Source of the DNA: a virus
Length of the DNA: 64,000 bases
Virus record (IMG/VR): IMGVR_UViG_3300017917_001434
Span: 1-64,000 of that record
Reading direction: 5' to 3' (one strand)
The notes under the pieces are model-generated. The model worked only from the letters and a program-made list of their open reading frames with translations, had not been told where the DNA came from and searched no databases. Made by a program: the position numbers and the translations under genes. This document shows, piece after piece, positions 18,453 to 27,623 of this stretch (position 1 is the stretch's first letter; each line of letters opens with the position of its first letter).

Positions 18453-18880
18453 ATGGGTTTAGATATGTATGCTTATGTTGCCGCACGTACGGGACAATAT
18501 GGCGAATTTTGGGAAGGCGGTGACTTTGACAAAGAGTCTGGTGATTACACTAACCCGAAAGTAACTAAACCTATCGAAATTGCCTACTGGCGCAAGCACC
18601 CAAACCTACACGGTTGGATGGAACAACTATGGGTAGAGAAGGGCAAGCCTATGCTTAAGGATGATTATCCAGAGTTTAACGGTGTGGAACTTGAATTGAC
18701 ACGTGAGGACATTGACAGTTAGAACAGGATCTTCTAGCACAAGATTTGCCCTACACTACCGGCTTCTTCTTTGGTGATCCTAGCGACGAATATTATCGTC
18801 AGCAAGACTTAGAGTTTGTTAAAGAAGCACGTGCTCAACTGTTCTTAGGATTAAAGGTATTTTATAATAGTTCATGGTAA
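18453..18880 (+). pseudogene. Phage hypothetical gene interrupted by a 1-nt frameshift (or assembly error)
   Basis: MGLDMYAY...YWRKHPNLHGWM...LTREDIDS stops at TAG 18720; the -1 frame continues LEQDLLAQDLPYTTGFFFG...KVFYNSSW to TAA 18878-18880. Confidence 0.75.
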
Positions 18881-19113
18881 AAATAGACATCAACACGCCC
18901 AATAATATTATCCTGTTCAAACGTATGAACCAAAGGATCATTGACAATTATAGACTCCACTTGGGCAATGATATACCTGATATGCAGCAACATAGGGAAT
19001 TGTTTGAGAAGGCATATGATGTTAAAATACATCATGAAAATTGGGGTAGTTGGACTCATATGGAGTTTACCAGTCAAGAAGCATACACAATGGCATTACT
19101 AAAATGGATGTAA
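18874..19113 (+). CDS. Hypothetical phage protein
   Basis: Packed ORF ending EAYTMALLKW. Confidence 0.6.
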   Translation: MVKIDINTPNNIILFKRMNQRIIDNYRLHLGNDIPDMQQHRELFEKAYDVKIHHENWGSWTHMEFTSQEAYTMALLKWM

Positions 19114-19117
19114 AATA

Positions 19118-19438
19118 ATGTTAACTGATTTTGAAGTAAGAAATATTGCGTGGGTACGTGCTAATCGTGGAAGACGAGTATTCCATGCCAACGTTACTAA
19201 CAGTAAAAAGATTGGGCGTTACATCAAGGACTTTCCTGTAGTGCTTGAGTTAGAACGTGGTACTAAAACTGCGGTTATGAATGCTTGCCGCAAGTACCTA
19301 GGCCGCAGTTACTTGTATATGGTAGACTATAGAATCTACGTACACAAAGAGGGTACCTGGATTTATTATGATGGTAAATTGTACTTGAAAAACCCAGCAG
19401 ATGAAGGTATTATTACCATGGCTTTATTAAGCAAATAA
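19118..19438 (+). CDS. Hypothetical phage protein
   Basis: Packed ORF ending IITMALLSK. Confidence 0.6.
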   Translation: MLTDFEVRNIAWVRANRGRRVFHANVTNSKKIGRYIKDFPVVLELERGTKTAVMNACRKYLGRSYLYMVDYRIYVHKEGTWIYYDGKLYLKNPADEGIITMALLSK

Positions 19439-19448
19439 AGGAGAAACA

Positions 19449-19676
19449 ATGCTATACACCAATGAAGATATGCCCGCACTTATTGAAGAAGTAAAGGGCT
19501 ATATTATAGCCGCAGGGCAAGACCCGGACAAATTTGAATTTGACATTATCGAAGACCCAAAGTATCCAGCCTTACGTGTAGCAGTCTACACAGACAACGG
19601 TGGTTTTATGGTACGCTTGTATGGCACTAACGATATGGCTACATTCCATAAGAGCATGAAGGAACTTTTTGGTTGA
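19449..19676 (+). CDS. Hypothetical protein
   Basis: AAGGAG RBS. Confidence 0.65.
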   Translation: MLYTNEDMPALIEEVKGYIIAAGQDPDKFEFDIIEDPKYPALRVAVYTDNGGFMVRLYGTNDMATFHKSMKELFG

Positions 19677-19701
19677 CATTTTGGTTAGATTGTGCTATAA
19701 T
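19673..19701 (+). promoter_or_regulatory. Early promoter of the conserved-spacer family
   Basis: TTGACA-TTTTGGTTAGATTGTGC-TATAAT; ATG 6 nt downstream. Confidence 0.85.
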
Positions 19702-19707
19702 AGACCT

Positions 19708-19941
19708 ATGAAAAATGATAAATTGAATTGGTATTTGGAATGGACGGCTACGGCAATCCTTATTTTTGGTACAGCAGTTAACAGTCTAGGCTACTACCCA
19801 GCGGGACCAATCTTGTTATGTTTGGGCGGTGTTGTTTGGTTTGTAGTAGCCCTACGCTGGCGCAAACTTAGCCTAATGGTAGTTAATGGTGTTATGCTGT
19901 TAACTGGTGTAAGCGGCCTACTATGGAAGTATTTCTCATGA
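19708..19941 (+). CDS. Small three-TM membrane protein
   Basis: Three hydrophobic segments, YP.GP loop. Confidence 0.65.
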   Translation: MKNDKLNWYLEWTATAILIFGTAVNSLGYYPAGPILLCLGGVVWFVVALRWRKLSLMVVNGVMLLTGVSGLLWKYFS

Positions 19942-20144
19942 CAGAATTAGAAATGATACGTGCGGCTCTATCAGAAGCACATGAACTCGGACGTATTCTA
20001 GCATTAAATCCGCAGTTGTCTGACGAGTACAAGACTCGCAGTGAAAAAAGTGTGCGCACCCTGCTAAGTCTGCTATATACTAGACTACAGGAAGTGGACA
20101 CACCACAGGAAAAATTACCCGCAAACATAAAGAGTGATTACTAA
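19938..20144 (+). CDS. Hypothetical protein
   Basis: ATGA and TAATG coupling to neighbours. Confidence 0.55.
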   Translation: MTELEMIRAALSEAHELGRILALNPQLSDEYKTRSEKSVRTLLSLLYTRLQEVDTPQEKLPANIKSDY

Positions 20145-20395
20145 TGAAAGAACTTGTATTAAACGACGATTGGCAGTATAACAATGAAGAAGAGGCTGAA
20201 ATGGGCCAACTTCATGCTATCCATAACAACATGAATGCTGTAGCTGACGTGCGCCGTAAGTTACTGGAACAAGCTGCACAACCTAGCGCAGAGTTCTGTG
20301 AAGAGTGCGGTGATGAAATCCCAGAAGCTAGACGCAAGGCTGTACCAGGTGTACAGTTCTGCGTATTCTGTCAAGAAAAACATGAGCGTAGATAA
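20144..20395 (+). CDS. DksA/TraR family C4 zinc-finger protein
   Basis: CEECGDEIPEARRKAVPGVQFCVFCQ. Confidence 0.88.
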   Translation: MKELVLNDDWQYNNEEEAEMGQLHAIHNNMNAVADVRRKLLEQAAQPSAEFCEECGDEIPEARRKAVPGVQFCVFCQEKHERR

Positions 20396-21506
20396 TATTT
20401 GTTTTCATCCATGGGTAGGATTAGATATTGGTCCCCAAGGTGAGTTTAAGCCTTGTTGTAAATATCAAAACAGTATTGCCAATAACATTGATGATTACTA
20501 CAACAGCAAAGAATTAGCTGATCTTAAAGATGCTTTCTCACGAGGAGAACGGCCAACTGGTTGTCAGCGTTGTTGGAGTGATGAGGATGCCGGTCATCCT
20601 AGCAAACGTTTAGATGACTGGAAATATATTTTTAATGAAACAGTTCCTAACACAGACAAACTAAAAGTTTTAATGTTTGCCTTTGGTAATAGTTGTAATT
20701 TAGCCTGTCGAACCTGTAACAGTTATTCGTCGTCAACTTGGATCATTGAATCGAGAAAAGTTATCGATTTATTCCCAGACTCTAAGATATATAAGCACCA
20801 GAGATTTTATCAAGACATCTATTTACTCGATCGTTTAAAGTCTTTAGGATCAGACATCACCGAGCTGTATTTTCATGGTGGCGAACCATTCATTGCTGGC
20901 ACTGCTGAACACTTAGATTTTTTAAAATATTTCCTTACTCAACGGCCTGAAAATATAACTTTGCATTACATGACAAATGTCACAATATTTCCTCAGCAAG
21001 AATTTTGGGATATTTGGAAACAATTTAAAAAAGTTAACATACAGTTGAGCATTGACGGTATTGGTTCACATTTTGAATATACTCGTTGGCCTGCGAAATG
21101 GACCGACGTTGAATTAAATATCAATCAATATAAACAGTATTCAGGCGACAATATAAAATTATCAGTGGGACACGTGATTAGTATTTTTACAGTCTACTAT
21201 CTGCCAGAATTTTATAAATGGCTATTACAAAATAAATTTGTTGATCCGTTTATTAGTCTGCTAGCAGACCCTGAAATCTATAATATTAAAACTTTACCCA
21301 AAGATGTTAAAGATCGTGTTGCTGAAAAATTGACAAAATATAAGTTTGACACTATAATACAGTATATGTATTCTGAAGATTTAAGCGGTACATTTGGTCA
21401 AACCGCAGAGTATACAAGAATATTGGATCAACAGAGAAATCAAAATTTTGAAAACACTTTTCCAGAATTTAATCAATTATTAAAGGAATCAGGATGCCAA
21501 ATTTAG
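20382..21506 (+). CDS. Radical SAM protein with N-terminal SPASM/twitch-like Cys cluster
   Basis: CNLACRTC and GGEPF; N-terminal CFHPW..PCC..CQRC. Confidence 0.88.
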   Translation: MSVDNICFHPWVGLDIGPQGEFKPCCKYQNSIANNIDDYYNSKELADLKDAFSRGERPTGCQRCWSDEDAGHPSKRLDDWKYIFNETVPNTDKLKVLMFAFGNSCNLACRTCNSYSSSTWIIESRKVIDLFPDSKIYKHQRFYQDIYLLDRLKSLGSDITELYFHGGEPFIAGTAEHLDFLKYFLTQRPENITLHYMTNVTIFPQQEFWDIWKQFKKVNIQLSIDGIGSHFEYTRWPAKWTDVELNINQYKQYSGDNIKLSVGHVISIFTVYYLPEFYKWLLQNKFVDPFISLLADPEIYNIKTLPKDVKDRVAEKLTKYKFDTIIQYMYSEDLSGTFGQTAEYTRILDQQRNQNFENTFPEFNQLLKESGCQI

Positions 21507-22114
21507 TACCAATGGTTTTAGAGCGTACATCAGAAGGTGAACGCAGTTATGATATCTACAGTCGATTGCTCAAAGACCGTATTGTCATGCTAGACACTGA
21601 AGTTAGTGAACATTCAGCCAGTCTGCTAGTAGCACAGTTGCTATTTTTAGAAGCAGAAAATCCAGAACAGGATATTTTGTTTTACATTAACAGCCCAGGC
21701 GGTAGTGTTACTGCTGGTCTAGCAATTTATGACACTATGCAGTTTATCAAACCAGACGTGCGTACTATTGTAATTGGACAGGCTGCCAGTATGGGCAGTT
21801 TTCTAGCACAAGCCGGTGCACCAGGTAAACGTTATGTGTTACCCGAATCGCGTACAATGATTCACCGTGTGAGCTCGGGCACACGCGGCACAGGCGGTAG
21901 CGTGTATGTACAGGAATTAGAGTTTGAAGATGCACGTCGACACTTAGAAGAAAGCAAACGTTTAAATCAACGTCTGACAGAGTTGTATGTTAAGCACAAC
22001 TCTAAAGGCAAGGCCTATGATGAACTTGCCGAGGCAATGAAGTTTGATACCTTTTTATCAGCTGAACAGGCAGTTGAATATGGCCTAGCGGATGAAATCA
22101 TTACCAAACGCTAA
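21494..22114 (+). CDS. clpP: ATP-dependent Clp protease proteolytic subunit
   Basis: [31 protein letters not shown] (catalytic Ser), MIH. Confidence 0.95.
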   Translation: MPNLVPMVLERTSEGERSYDIYSRLLKDRIVMLDTEVSEHSASLLVAQLLFLEAENPEQDILFYINSPGGSVTAGLAIYDTMQFIKPDVRTIVIGQAASMGSFLAQAGAPGKRYVLPESRTMIHRVSSGTRGTGGSVYVQELEFEDARRHLEESKRLNQRLTELYVKHNSKGKAYDELAEAMKFDTFLSAEQAVEYGLADEIITKR

Positions 22115-23378
22115 CGTCTTTTGTAATACACCATGGTACGAGGCTCACATCTATTGGGATGGGAGTCTCGGTATCTGCTGTCAGGAAAGTTTTAAACTCA
22201 GCGAAGATCCTCAATATAATATCCGAAACATGACTCTAGCCGAGTGGTTTAACAGCGAGCCTGTTAGAAAGCTTCGGTTGGGTATTTTAGGCAACGACGG
22301 CTTACCTATTTGTAATCGTTGTTACCAAGAAGAAACACACAGTGGCACTAGCCGTAGACACCGTAGCAATCAAAAAAGTGTAATCTTTACCAAGCAGGCA
22401 TTTGCGGAAAGTTTTGATCAAAGCCCAGGTTACGAACACTTTATGTTCAGCAAAGGTATGGATGGACTTACTACAACCATGCCCATTGATCTGCATATTG
22501 ATTTAGGTAATCACTGTAATTTAGCCTGCAAGATGTGTTGGCCAGGTGCTAGCACACGTATTGCTAGCCAATGGGTTAAATGGGGACTTCCTGCTGAACA
22601 ATATCTTGGCGTAGACTGGACCAAAGATGAACAGGTCTGGCGCAGGTTTATGGGCGAACTGGTTGCCATACCTAAACTTAAGAACATACATTTTATGGGC
22701 GGCGAAACACTGTTAAGTCCTAGACTAGAGCAACTAATAGATCACATGATCACGCATAAAAGATTTGATGTTTGTTTTAGTTTTGTCACTAACGGAACAG
22801 TGTATAAGCCGGACTTAATTGAAAAGCTCAAACTGTTTGGGCGGGTAGGCATTGAAATCAGTATAGAAACAACTACTCGGCACAATGATTATATACGGCA
22901 AGGATCTCGGGTTGAAGAAGTCATTGAAAATATCCAACGTTATAAACAGCTATGCGACGGGTCCAAGGTTAGTCTTACTCTACGTCCTGCTATCAGCGCA
23001 TTATCTATTGGATACTATCATACACTACTACAATTTTGTTTAGATGAACAACTATTAATCAAGAGCTTGATAGTGAGAGATCCGCGGTATCTAGAACCAT
23101 CAGTACTGTCGCATAAAATACGCGAGCATTACATACTACCTTACTTAAAAATGTTAAATTCTCTAGGCGATGTTGATACTATTACAGATTACAACGAAAG
23201 TGACCCAAACAATTATCTTCGGGTAGTTAAACAACAGGTAGAACAGGTAATAAATCTACTTAGAGAAAGTCCCAAATCTTACGCTACCGCGGAACTATTA
23301 CATTGGTGTCAGCGTTGGGACAAAGAGTTTGGTTTTGACATGTTTGAACTCTATCCAGAATTTAAGGATCTAAAATGA
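22092..23378 (+). CDS. Radical SAM protein with N-terminal SPASM/twitch-like Cys cluster
   Basis: [16 protein letters not shown]; N-terminal CNTPW..CC..CNRC. Confidence 0.88.
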   Translation: MKSLPNANVFCNTPWYEAHIYWDGSLGICCQESFKLSEDPQYNIRNMTLAEWFNSEPVRKLRLGILGNDGLPICNRCYQEETHSGTSRRHRSNQKSVIFTKQAFAESFDQSPGYEHFMFSKGMDGLTTTMPIDLHIDLGNHCNLACKMCWPGASTRIASQWVKWGLPAEQYLGVDWTKDEQVWRRFMGELVAIPKLKNIHFMGGETLLSPRLEQLIDHMITHKRFDVCFSFVTNGTVYKPDLIEKLKLFGRVGIEISIETTTRHNDYIRQGSRVEEVIENIQRYKQLCDGSKVSLTLRPAISALSIGYYHTLLQFCLDEQLLIKSLIVRDPRYLEPSVLSHKIREHYILPYLKMLNSLGDVDTITDYNESDPNNYLRVVKQQVEQVINLLRESPKSYATAELLHWCQRWDKEFGFDMFELYPEFKDLK

Positions 23379-23764
23379 GAACCTATGCTGTTAGAGTAAG
23401 TGTCTTATTAGAGCCTGTAGGAACTCCTGACGTTGCAATTACCTGTGGAGGCGAGATTGTCGAAGTTATACTTTCTGAACCAACTTGGTTTGACTTTTCC
23501 TACACGCAGGATGCAGGGCCTAGTCAGTTGACTGTTGAACATAGAAATCGTCAGGATTATGTTACTGCTGTAATAGTCAAGACAGTTAAACTAAATGACA
23601 TAGAGAATTCTCAGAACATCTATCAGGGCATGTATTATCCTAATAACATGGATGCAAAATCCACAAACTATGTAGATTGGAATGGCACTTGGGTGTTAGA
23701 TTTTACTGTGCCAGTGTATACCTGGCTACACAAAACACAAAATCTAGGCTGGATTTATGACTAA
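23375..23764 (+). CDS. Hypothetical beta-rich protein
   Basis: ATGA-coupled to the radical SAM gene; WNG.W.LDF..PVY.WLH. Confidence 0.6.
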   Translation: MRTYAVRVSVLLEPVGTPDVAITCGGEIVEVILSEPTWFDFSYTQDAGPSQLTVEHRNRQDYVTAVIVKTVKLNDIENSQNIYQGMYYPNNMDAKSTNYVDWNGTWVLDFTVPVYTWLHKTQNLGWIYD

Positions 23765-23769
23765 ATTGG

Positions 23770-23798
23770 TTGACATTTTGGTTAAATGGCTGTATAAT
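23770..23798 (+). promoter_or_regulatory. Early promoter of the conserved-spacer family
   Basis: TTGACA-TTTTGGTTAAATGGCTG-TATAAT. Confidence 0.85.
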
Positions 23799-23841
23799 TG
23801 TTTTTGTAATTTAGTATTTTTAACACAACTCGGAGAGCATT

Positions 23842-24030
23842 ATGGCACAATTAGGCAAACTGGTAAAAGTAAACGATTCATTTAGTGTCTATCGTTATGA
23901 CAACGGCTGGATGGTTGAAGTCAGTGGTAACGATAAAAAGGACGATTGGAAAACTGTTAAAGTTGTCTGTAACACAGAAGATGACTTAATAGCTCTAATC
24001 AAAGAATATAACTCAATGGATTTAAATTAA
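23842..24030 (+). CDS. Hypothetical phage protein
   Basis: GGAG RBS; YDNGWMVEV.G. Confidence 0.7.
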   Translation: MAQLGKLVKVNDSFSVYRYDNGWMVEVSGNDKKDDWKTVKVVCNTEDDLIALIKEYNSMDLN

Positions 24031-24041
24031 TAGGAGACAAC

Positions 24042-24353
24042 ATGGACTTGTTTAAGGTAGGTGGTGTATCAACTCACAATGGCAAAACTAAAGTTCGATT
24101 TGCTAACGATTTAGTCAGTCGTGTTAAGATGCTGGTCAAAGGCAATCACCAAGACATTAATTTAATGGAGTTGCCTGCGGCAATGACCAAGGGCGAAGTA
24201 GTTAAACATCTTAAGACCACAGATCTTATGAATACACCTAAGTTTGCTGATGCTATTACCACAGCAGATGAAAAGTACAATACAGTTAAGTTCTCTAAGA
24301 AGCCTGAAATTAGCCTTGATGCTATCAAGGCTAGAGCCGGTATAGAAGCCTAA
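24042..24353 (+). CDS. Hypothetical phage protein
   Basis: AGGAG RBS; KVRFAND motif. Confidence 0.7.
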   Translation: MDLFKVGGVSTHNGKTKVRFANDLVSRVKMLVKGNHQDINLMELPAAMTKGEVVKHLKTTDLMNTPKFADAITTADEKYNTVKFSKKPEISLDAIKARAGIEA

Positions 24354-24356
24354 CGC

Positions 24357-24379
24357 AAAGCCCCGCAAGGGGCTTTTTT
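24357..24379 (+). terminator. Rho-independent terminator
   Basis: AAAGCCCC-GCAA-GGGGCTTTTTT. Confidence 0.85.
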
Positions 24380-24509
24380 GTTATATAGATATAAAAACAA
24401 AATATTAAACTGTTACAAATTATTTACAAATCAATAGTTAAATACTATTAGCGATCCCGATATCTGATCTTGTCTCTTATCCCGACCGCTACTAACTAAG
24501 GAAAAACAT

Positions 24510-24878
24510 ATGAAATTGATCCTAGCTTTAGTAGCAGCGTTACTCTCTTTAACTGCTACCGCGGCAGACTACAGCGAACACAAAGAGTTATTCATGGCTA
24601 ATCAAGCCGGTGGTGATGTTGTCTTGACATTAGAACCCTGTGCTATAGAAGAAGCTAAAAAATTAGGCTTTGAAAACAGAACCTATGCCACAGTGGCAGG
24701 CGGTAAAATTATTGAAGAAGGTTGCTGGATCGCACCCAGCGTTAATGGCGCACCTAATGTACCCGGCGTGACAATTATACCTCTAGTCAATGTTTGGTAT
24801 AGCGGTATCATCCTGCCGTTTGAACAGAATATGTTTGAACCACAGGCGCATACTGTAGCACTTAAGGACCCGATTTAA
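24510..24878 (+). CDS. Secreted small protein with LT...C...GCW motif
   Basis: Signal peptide; two Cys. Confidence 0.7.
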   Translation: MKLILALVAALLSLTATAADYSEHKELFMANQAGGDVVLTLEPCAIEEAKKLGFENRTYATVAGGKIIEEGCWIAPSVNGAPNVPGVTIIPLVNVWYSGIILPFEQNMFEPQAHTVALKDPI

Positions 24879-24879
24879 A

Positions 24880-25179
24880 ATGAGAACGTTATTGTTTATT
24901 GCTGCCCTAGCTCTCTCAACTGCGGCACAGGCAGAAACATATCTTGTCTATCATGTTAGTCAACATGCTCGTATAGTCCTAAGCAAACGGGCCTGTGTAG
25001 TTCCAACGCTACAAGGTCTTGCGGCTTCTATACAAAACACCAAGGGGCAGTATATCCAAGGCTGTTGGCATGTTGATCGTAACAATAGCGATCACATACG
25101 TATCGATTGGAACAATCCTGCGGCACCTGGCGACTTTAGTGTAATTGAAGCAAACAAGTTTACTCCAGTTGACCAATAA
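24880..25179 (+). CDS. Secreted small protein, probable paralog of upstream gene
   Basis: Signal peptide; IVLSKRAC...QGCW. Confidence 0.7.
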   Translation: MRTLLFIAALALSTAAQAETYLVYHVSQHARIVLSKRACVVPTLQGLAASIQNTKGQYIQGCWHVDRNNSDHIRIDWNNPAAPGDFSVIEANKFTPVDQ

Positions 25180-25234
25180 TTAGTTCTGCTATAAGCTAAA
25201 TAAAAAGATTTAGGTCTTTACATTAGGAGAGCTT

Positions 25235-25417
25235 ATGACAGAATCGCACAAAAGAACCATAGTAAGAGCCATTAGCTGGCGCATTGTGGCCACACTGGTC
25301 ACAGCCGCATACACAGGCATTAGTGGCGCAATCATTATCAACGTATGGATGACCCTAGCACACTACATTCACGAGCGTGCTTGGCTTCGTTGTGATTGGG
25401 GTAAAGTAGCAAAATAA
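25235..25417 (+). CDS. DUF2061-like small membrane protein
   Basis: ESHKRTIVRAISWR...HYIHERAW...WG. Confidence 0.75.
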   Translation: MTESHKRTIVRAISWRIVATLVTAAYTGISGAIIINVWMTLAHYIHERAWLRCDWGKVAK

Positions 25418-25524
25418 GGTATGCTGATCAGTATATACTGACCTACATACTCCAGCATACGATTTTTGGCCTCAATCGTGTATAATTATTAGTAAGCAAA
25501 GTGTTTTTTAAGAGGAGAAATTAA

Positions 25525-25794
25525 ATGAAAGCACAAAGTTTACTATTAGCCGTTCTATTTACATCCGGTCTTGCTCTAGCAGATCATCATGACACAGCAA
25601 AACAAGATGGCGTGGCAAATCCTAAGAACGTTAGTCAACATAATCTATCACGCCGCCCATACTCAGCACCGGTGGCTAATAAAGCAGATCAAGCTGAAGA
25701 CAGTGTAGACGATATGGTTGAATCTGAATCAGAAAAAACCTACAAAAAAATTCAACTACATAACTTAGGCCGTAGACCCTACGCTGAAAAATAA
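25525..25794 (+). CDS. Secreted protein with duplicated HNL(S/G)RRPY motif
   Basis: GAGGAG RBS, signal peptide, two motif copies separated by an acidic linker. Confidence 0.75.
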   Translation: MKAQSLLLAVLFTSGLALADHHDTAKQDGVANPKNVSQHNLSRRPYSAPVANKADQAEDSVDDMVESESEKTYKKIQLHNLGRRPYAEK

Positions 25795-25797
25795 CGG

Positions 25798-25838
25798 TTG
25801 ACCGATAAACTGTTATGTAGTACAATTAGCAATAAATA
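25798..25838 (+). promoter_or_regulatory. Tandem sigma70 promoter and late TAAATA motif upstream of the tmRNA locus
   Basis: TTGACC(25798)-N17-TACAAT(25821); TAAATA 25833-25838. Confidence 0.6.
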
Positions 25839-26106
25839 TTCACATGAACGGTGAATATAGATTAAACAATTTAGGTGAATTGGAGGTGTATCGTGAAGGT
25901 TATTGGCAACCAGCATAACATATTTTGGTACCATAAACTTGGCTGTACCTGCCCAATTTGTAGTGTATGATTAAGTTTATTAAACGATTATTTCAAGGTA
26001 AGGACTATGTAGGTTATAGACCTTATTGGTTTAAACAGCGTAAACACTAAGGTAAGGACTTCAAGACGGCGGTTCGATTCCGCCCAGGTCCACCAAAAGG
26101 TATCTT

Positions 26107-26211
26107 ATGGAATATATTTGGATAACAGTATTTGTTTCAATTCATATTTGGGCATTATTAAAATATGAATCAGATGAAAAAATAGACCAAATGTGGCAAG
26201 ATAATTTTTGA
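26107..26211 (+). CDS. Putative 34-aa peptide in the tmRNA intervening segment
   Basis: AAGG 6 nt before ATG; MEYIWITVFVSIHIWALLKYESDEKIDQMWQDNF-TGA; ends 1 nt before tmRNA G1. Confidence 0.45.
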   Translation: MEYIWITVFVSIHIWALLKYESDEKIDQMWQDNF

Positions 26212-26428
26212 TGGGCCTGACCAGGTTTCGATTGGGGTAGATAGAATAAGTGCGCTCGAGAGTCGACTGACGTAATCAGCGAAAAACTAGTAAATGCAAA
26301 AGCAAATACTTCTAACGTAGTCAAAGTATCTATGGGCCGTGGCTTCCGCTTCGGTACTCGTAATACTGAGGCTTTAGCAGCTTAGTACTGCCGTTCGGGG
26401 CAGTTATGCCTTGTTACCCAAAATAACC

Positions 26429-26449
26429 AAACCCGCTTCGGCGGGTTTG
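26429..26449 (+). terminator. Terminator-like hairpin at the end of the tmRNA coding piece
   Basis: AAACCCGC-TTCG-GCGGGTTT. Confidence 0.75.
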
Positions 26450-26567
26450 CTACCTTTATAAAGAGGTTGACAAATACACTAAATCGTGTATAATTATAAT
26501 TGTAGATGAAACATTCTACACTTTATTGACGGTGCATTGTGCATCATTTAACATAAGGAGAAGTAAT

Positions 26568-27623
26568 ATGGCTAAACGCCTCACACGTAAACTTACGGAC
26601 GTTGTCGCTGAAGTTGAACAACAACTTAAGGCACACTACAACGTAACTCAAAAAGAATTAGACAGTTGGCGCAAACGTGCTATGTCTAGCCCACATCAAT
26701 TCCCAGAAAGTAAAATGGTTGCTATTGAAGAGCTTTATATTGACTATGAAGTTCAACGTGATGTTTTACACAAACACATTATCAATATTATGAAGAAGTG
26801 GGATCCTCGTATTTGTAGTCCTGTTAGTGCTTGTCGTCTTACAGGCAAAGAGCACAGTGATACATATGATGGGCAACACAGAACTATCAGCGCCGCTATA
26901 CTAGGCTATGTAGAAATTCCTGGTGCAGTTGTAAACACCGATGATCCAAACTTTGCTAGTTATGCGTTTGAACAGTTAAATGACACAGGTGTTAAACGTT
27001 TGAATCCAGGTGACCTACATCGTAACGCCTTGGTACGTTATAAGAATGGTAGCCGTGATATTAAAAACGTTCGTGCTCGCACTTTACAGGATCAATTTGA
27101 CGCACTGGAAATTGACCTACAAGATAAAAATGCACGTGGCAGTGATACCCTGTGTGGTGACAATGAGTATTTCTTTAGTCACTTTAAGTATGCTCAAAAA
27201 GGTGTAGAAATTGATGAGTCGGGCAAAGTTCTCTATAATATCCTAAAGGCAATTAGAGATACTTTCCCAAAACAAGAAGAAATTGATCAAGGTGTTTTTA
27301 TTGGACTTTGGGAACTACAACGTTTAGCCAGTACTAATCCAAATGTTAAGTTGCCCGATGGTTGGATGGAATCTGTGCTTAAAACAATTAAGACAGTTTT
27401 CAAAGGTTCGCACCTAGTACACTCTAAAGCCAAAATACAATGGGAACATAGTCATCCAGGTGCAGGCTGGACTGCTCCAACAGCAATGAGTAACTTTATA
27501 CGTGAAATTTATATGTATGCCGGTGGTGATATCAACTTGCCATATCATGGTGATGGTAGTAAGGTTGGTATTATTGATAACAATCCAGCACCAGGATTAT
27601 TTCCTGAGAAAGTTGAGTCATAA
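26568..27623 (+). CDS. ParB/Srx-superfamily protein with DGQHR motif
   Basis: ID..VQR...WDP...YDGQHR...FEQLN; AAGGAG RBS; sigma70 promoter at 26467-26494. Confidence 0.7.
   Translation: MAKRLTRKLTDVVAEVEQQLKAHYNVTQKELDSWRKRAMSSPHQFPESKMVAIEELYIDYEVQRDVLHKHIINIMKKWDPRICSPVSACRLTGKEHSDTYDGQHRTISAAILGYVEIPGAVVNTDDPNFASYAFEQLNDTGVKRLNPGDLHRNALVRYKNGSRDIKNVRARTLQDQFDALEIDLQDKNARGSDTLCGDNEYFFSHFKYAQKGVEIDESGKVLYNILKAIRDTFPKQEEIDQGVFIGLWELQRLASTNPNVKLPDGWMESVLKTIKTVFKGSHLVHSKAKIQWEHSHPGAGWTAPTAMSNFIREIYMYAGGDINLPYHGDGSKVGIIDNNPAPGLFPEKVES

Larger units (their letters stand above)
26037..26450 (+). ncRNA. ssrA: Circularly permuted (two-piece) tmRNA; outer boundaries approximate
   Basis: Acceptor piece first: T-arm GGCGG-TTCGATT-CCGCC (26068-26084), then CAGGTCC-A-CCA (26085-26095). 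The coding piece starts GGGCCTG (26213), forming a 7-bp acceptor stem with G3.U70. TTGGGGT pairs ACTTCAA and AGTGCGCT pairs AGCG-(TAAA)-CACT. Tag ORF 26296-26385 ends ALAA-stop. Confidence 0.92.

Noticed and set aside
18720-18722. TAG stop-codon reassignment
   Set aside because: In-frame read-through meets another TAG within five codons, and the plausible continuation is in the -1 frame. TAG ends other intact genes normally.
25419-25460. Nested palindrome GTATGCTG...TCAGTATATACTGA...CAGCATAC
   Set aside because: Single occurrence right after a stop codon; most simply a terminator-like hairpin, with no other support.
26060-26095. Stand-alone tRNA gene or attachment-site remnant (T-arm plus CCA)
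   Set aside because: There is no D-arm or anticodon arm upstream. The complementary acceptor strand and tag ORF lie downstream, so it is the acceptor piece of a permuted tmRNA.
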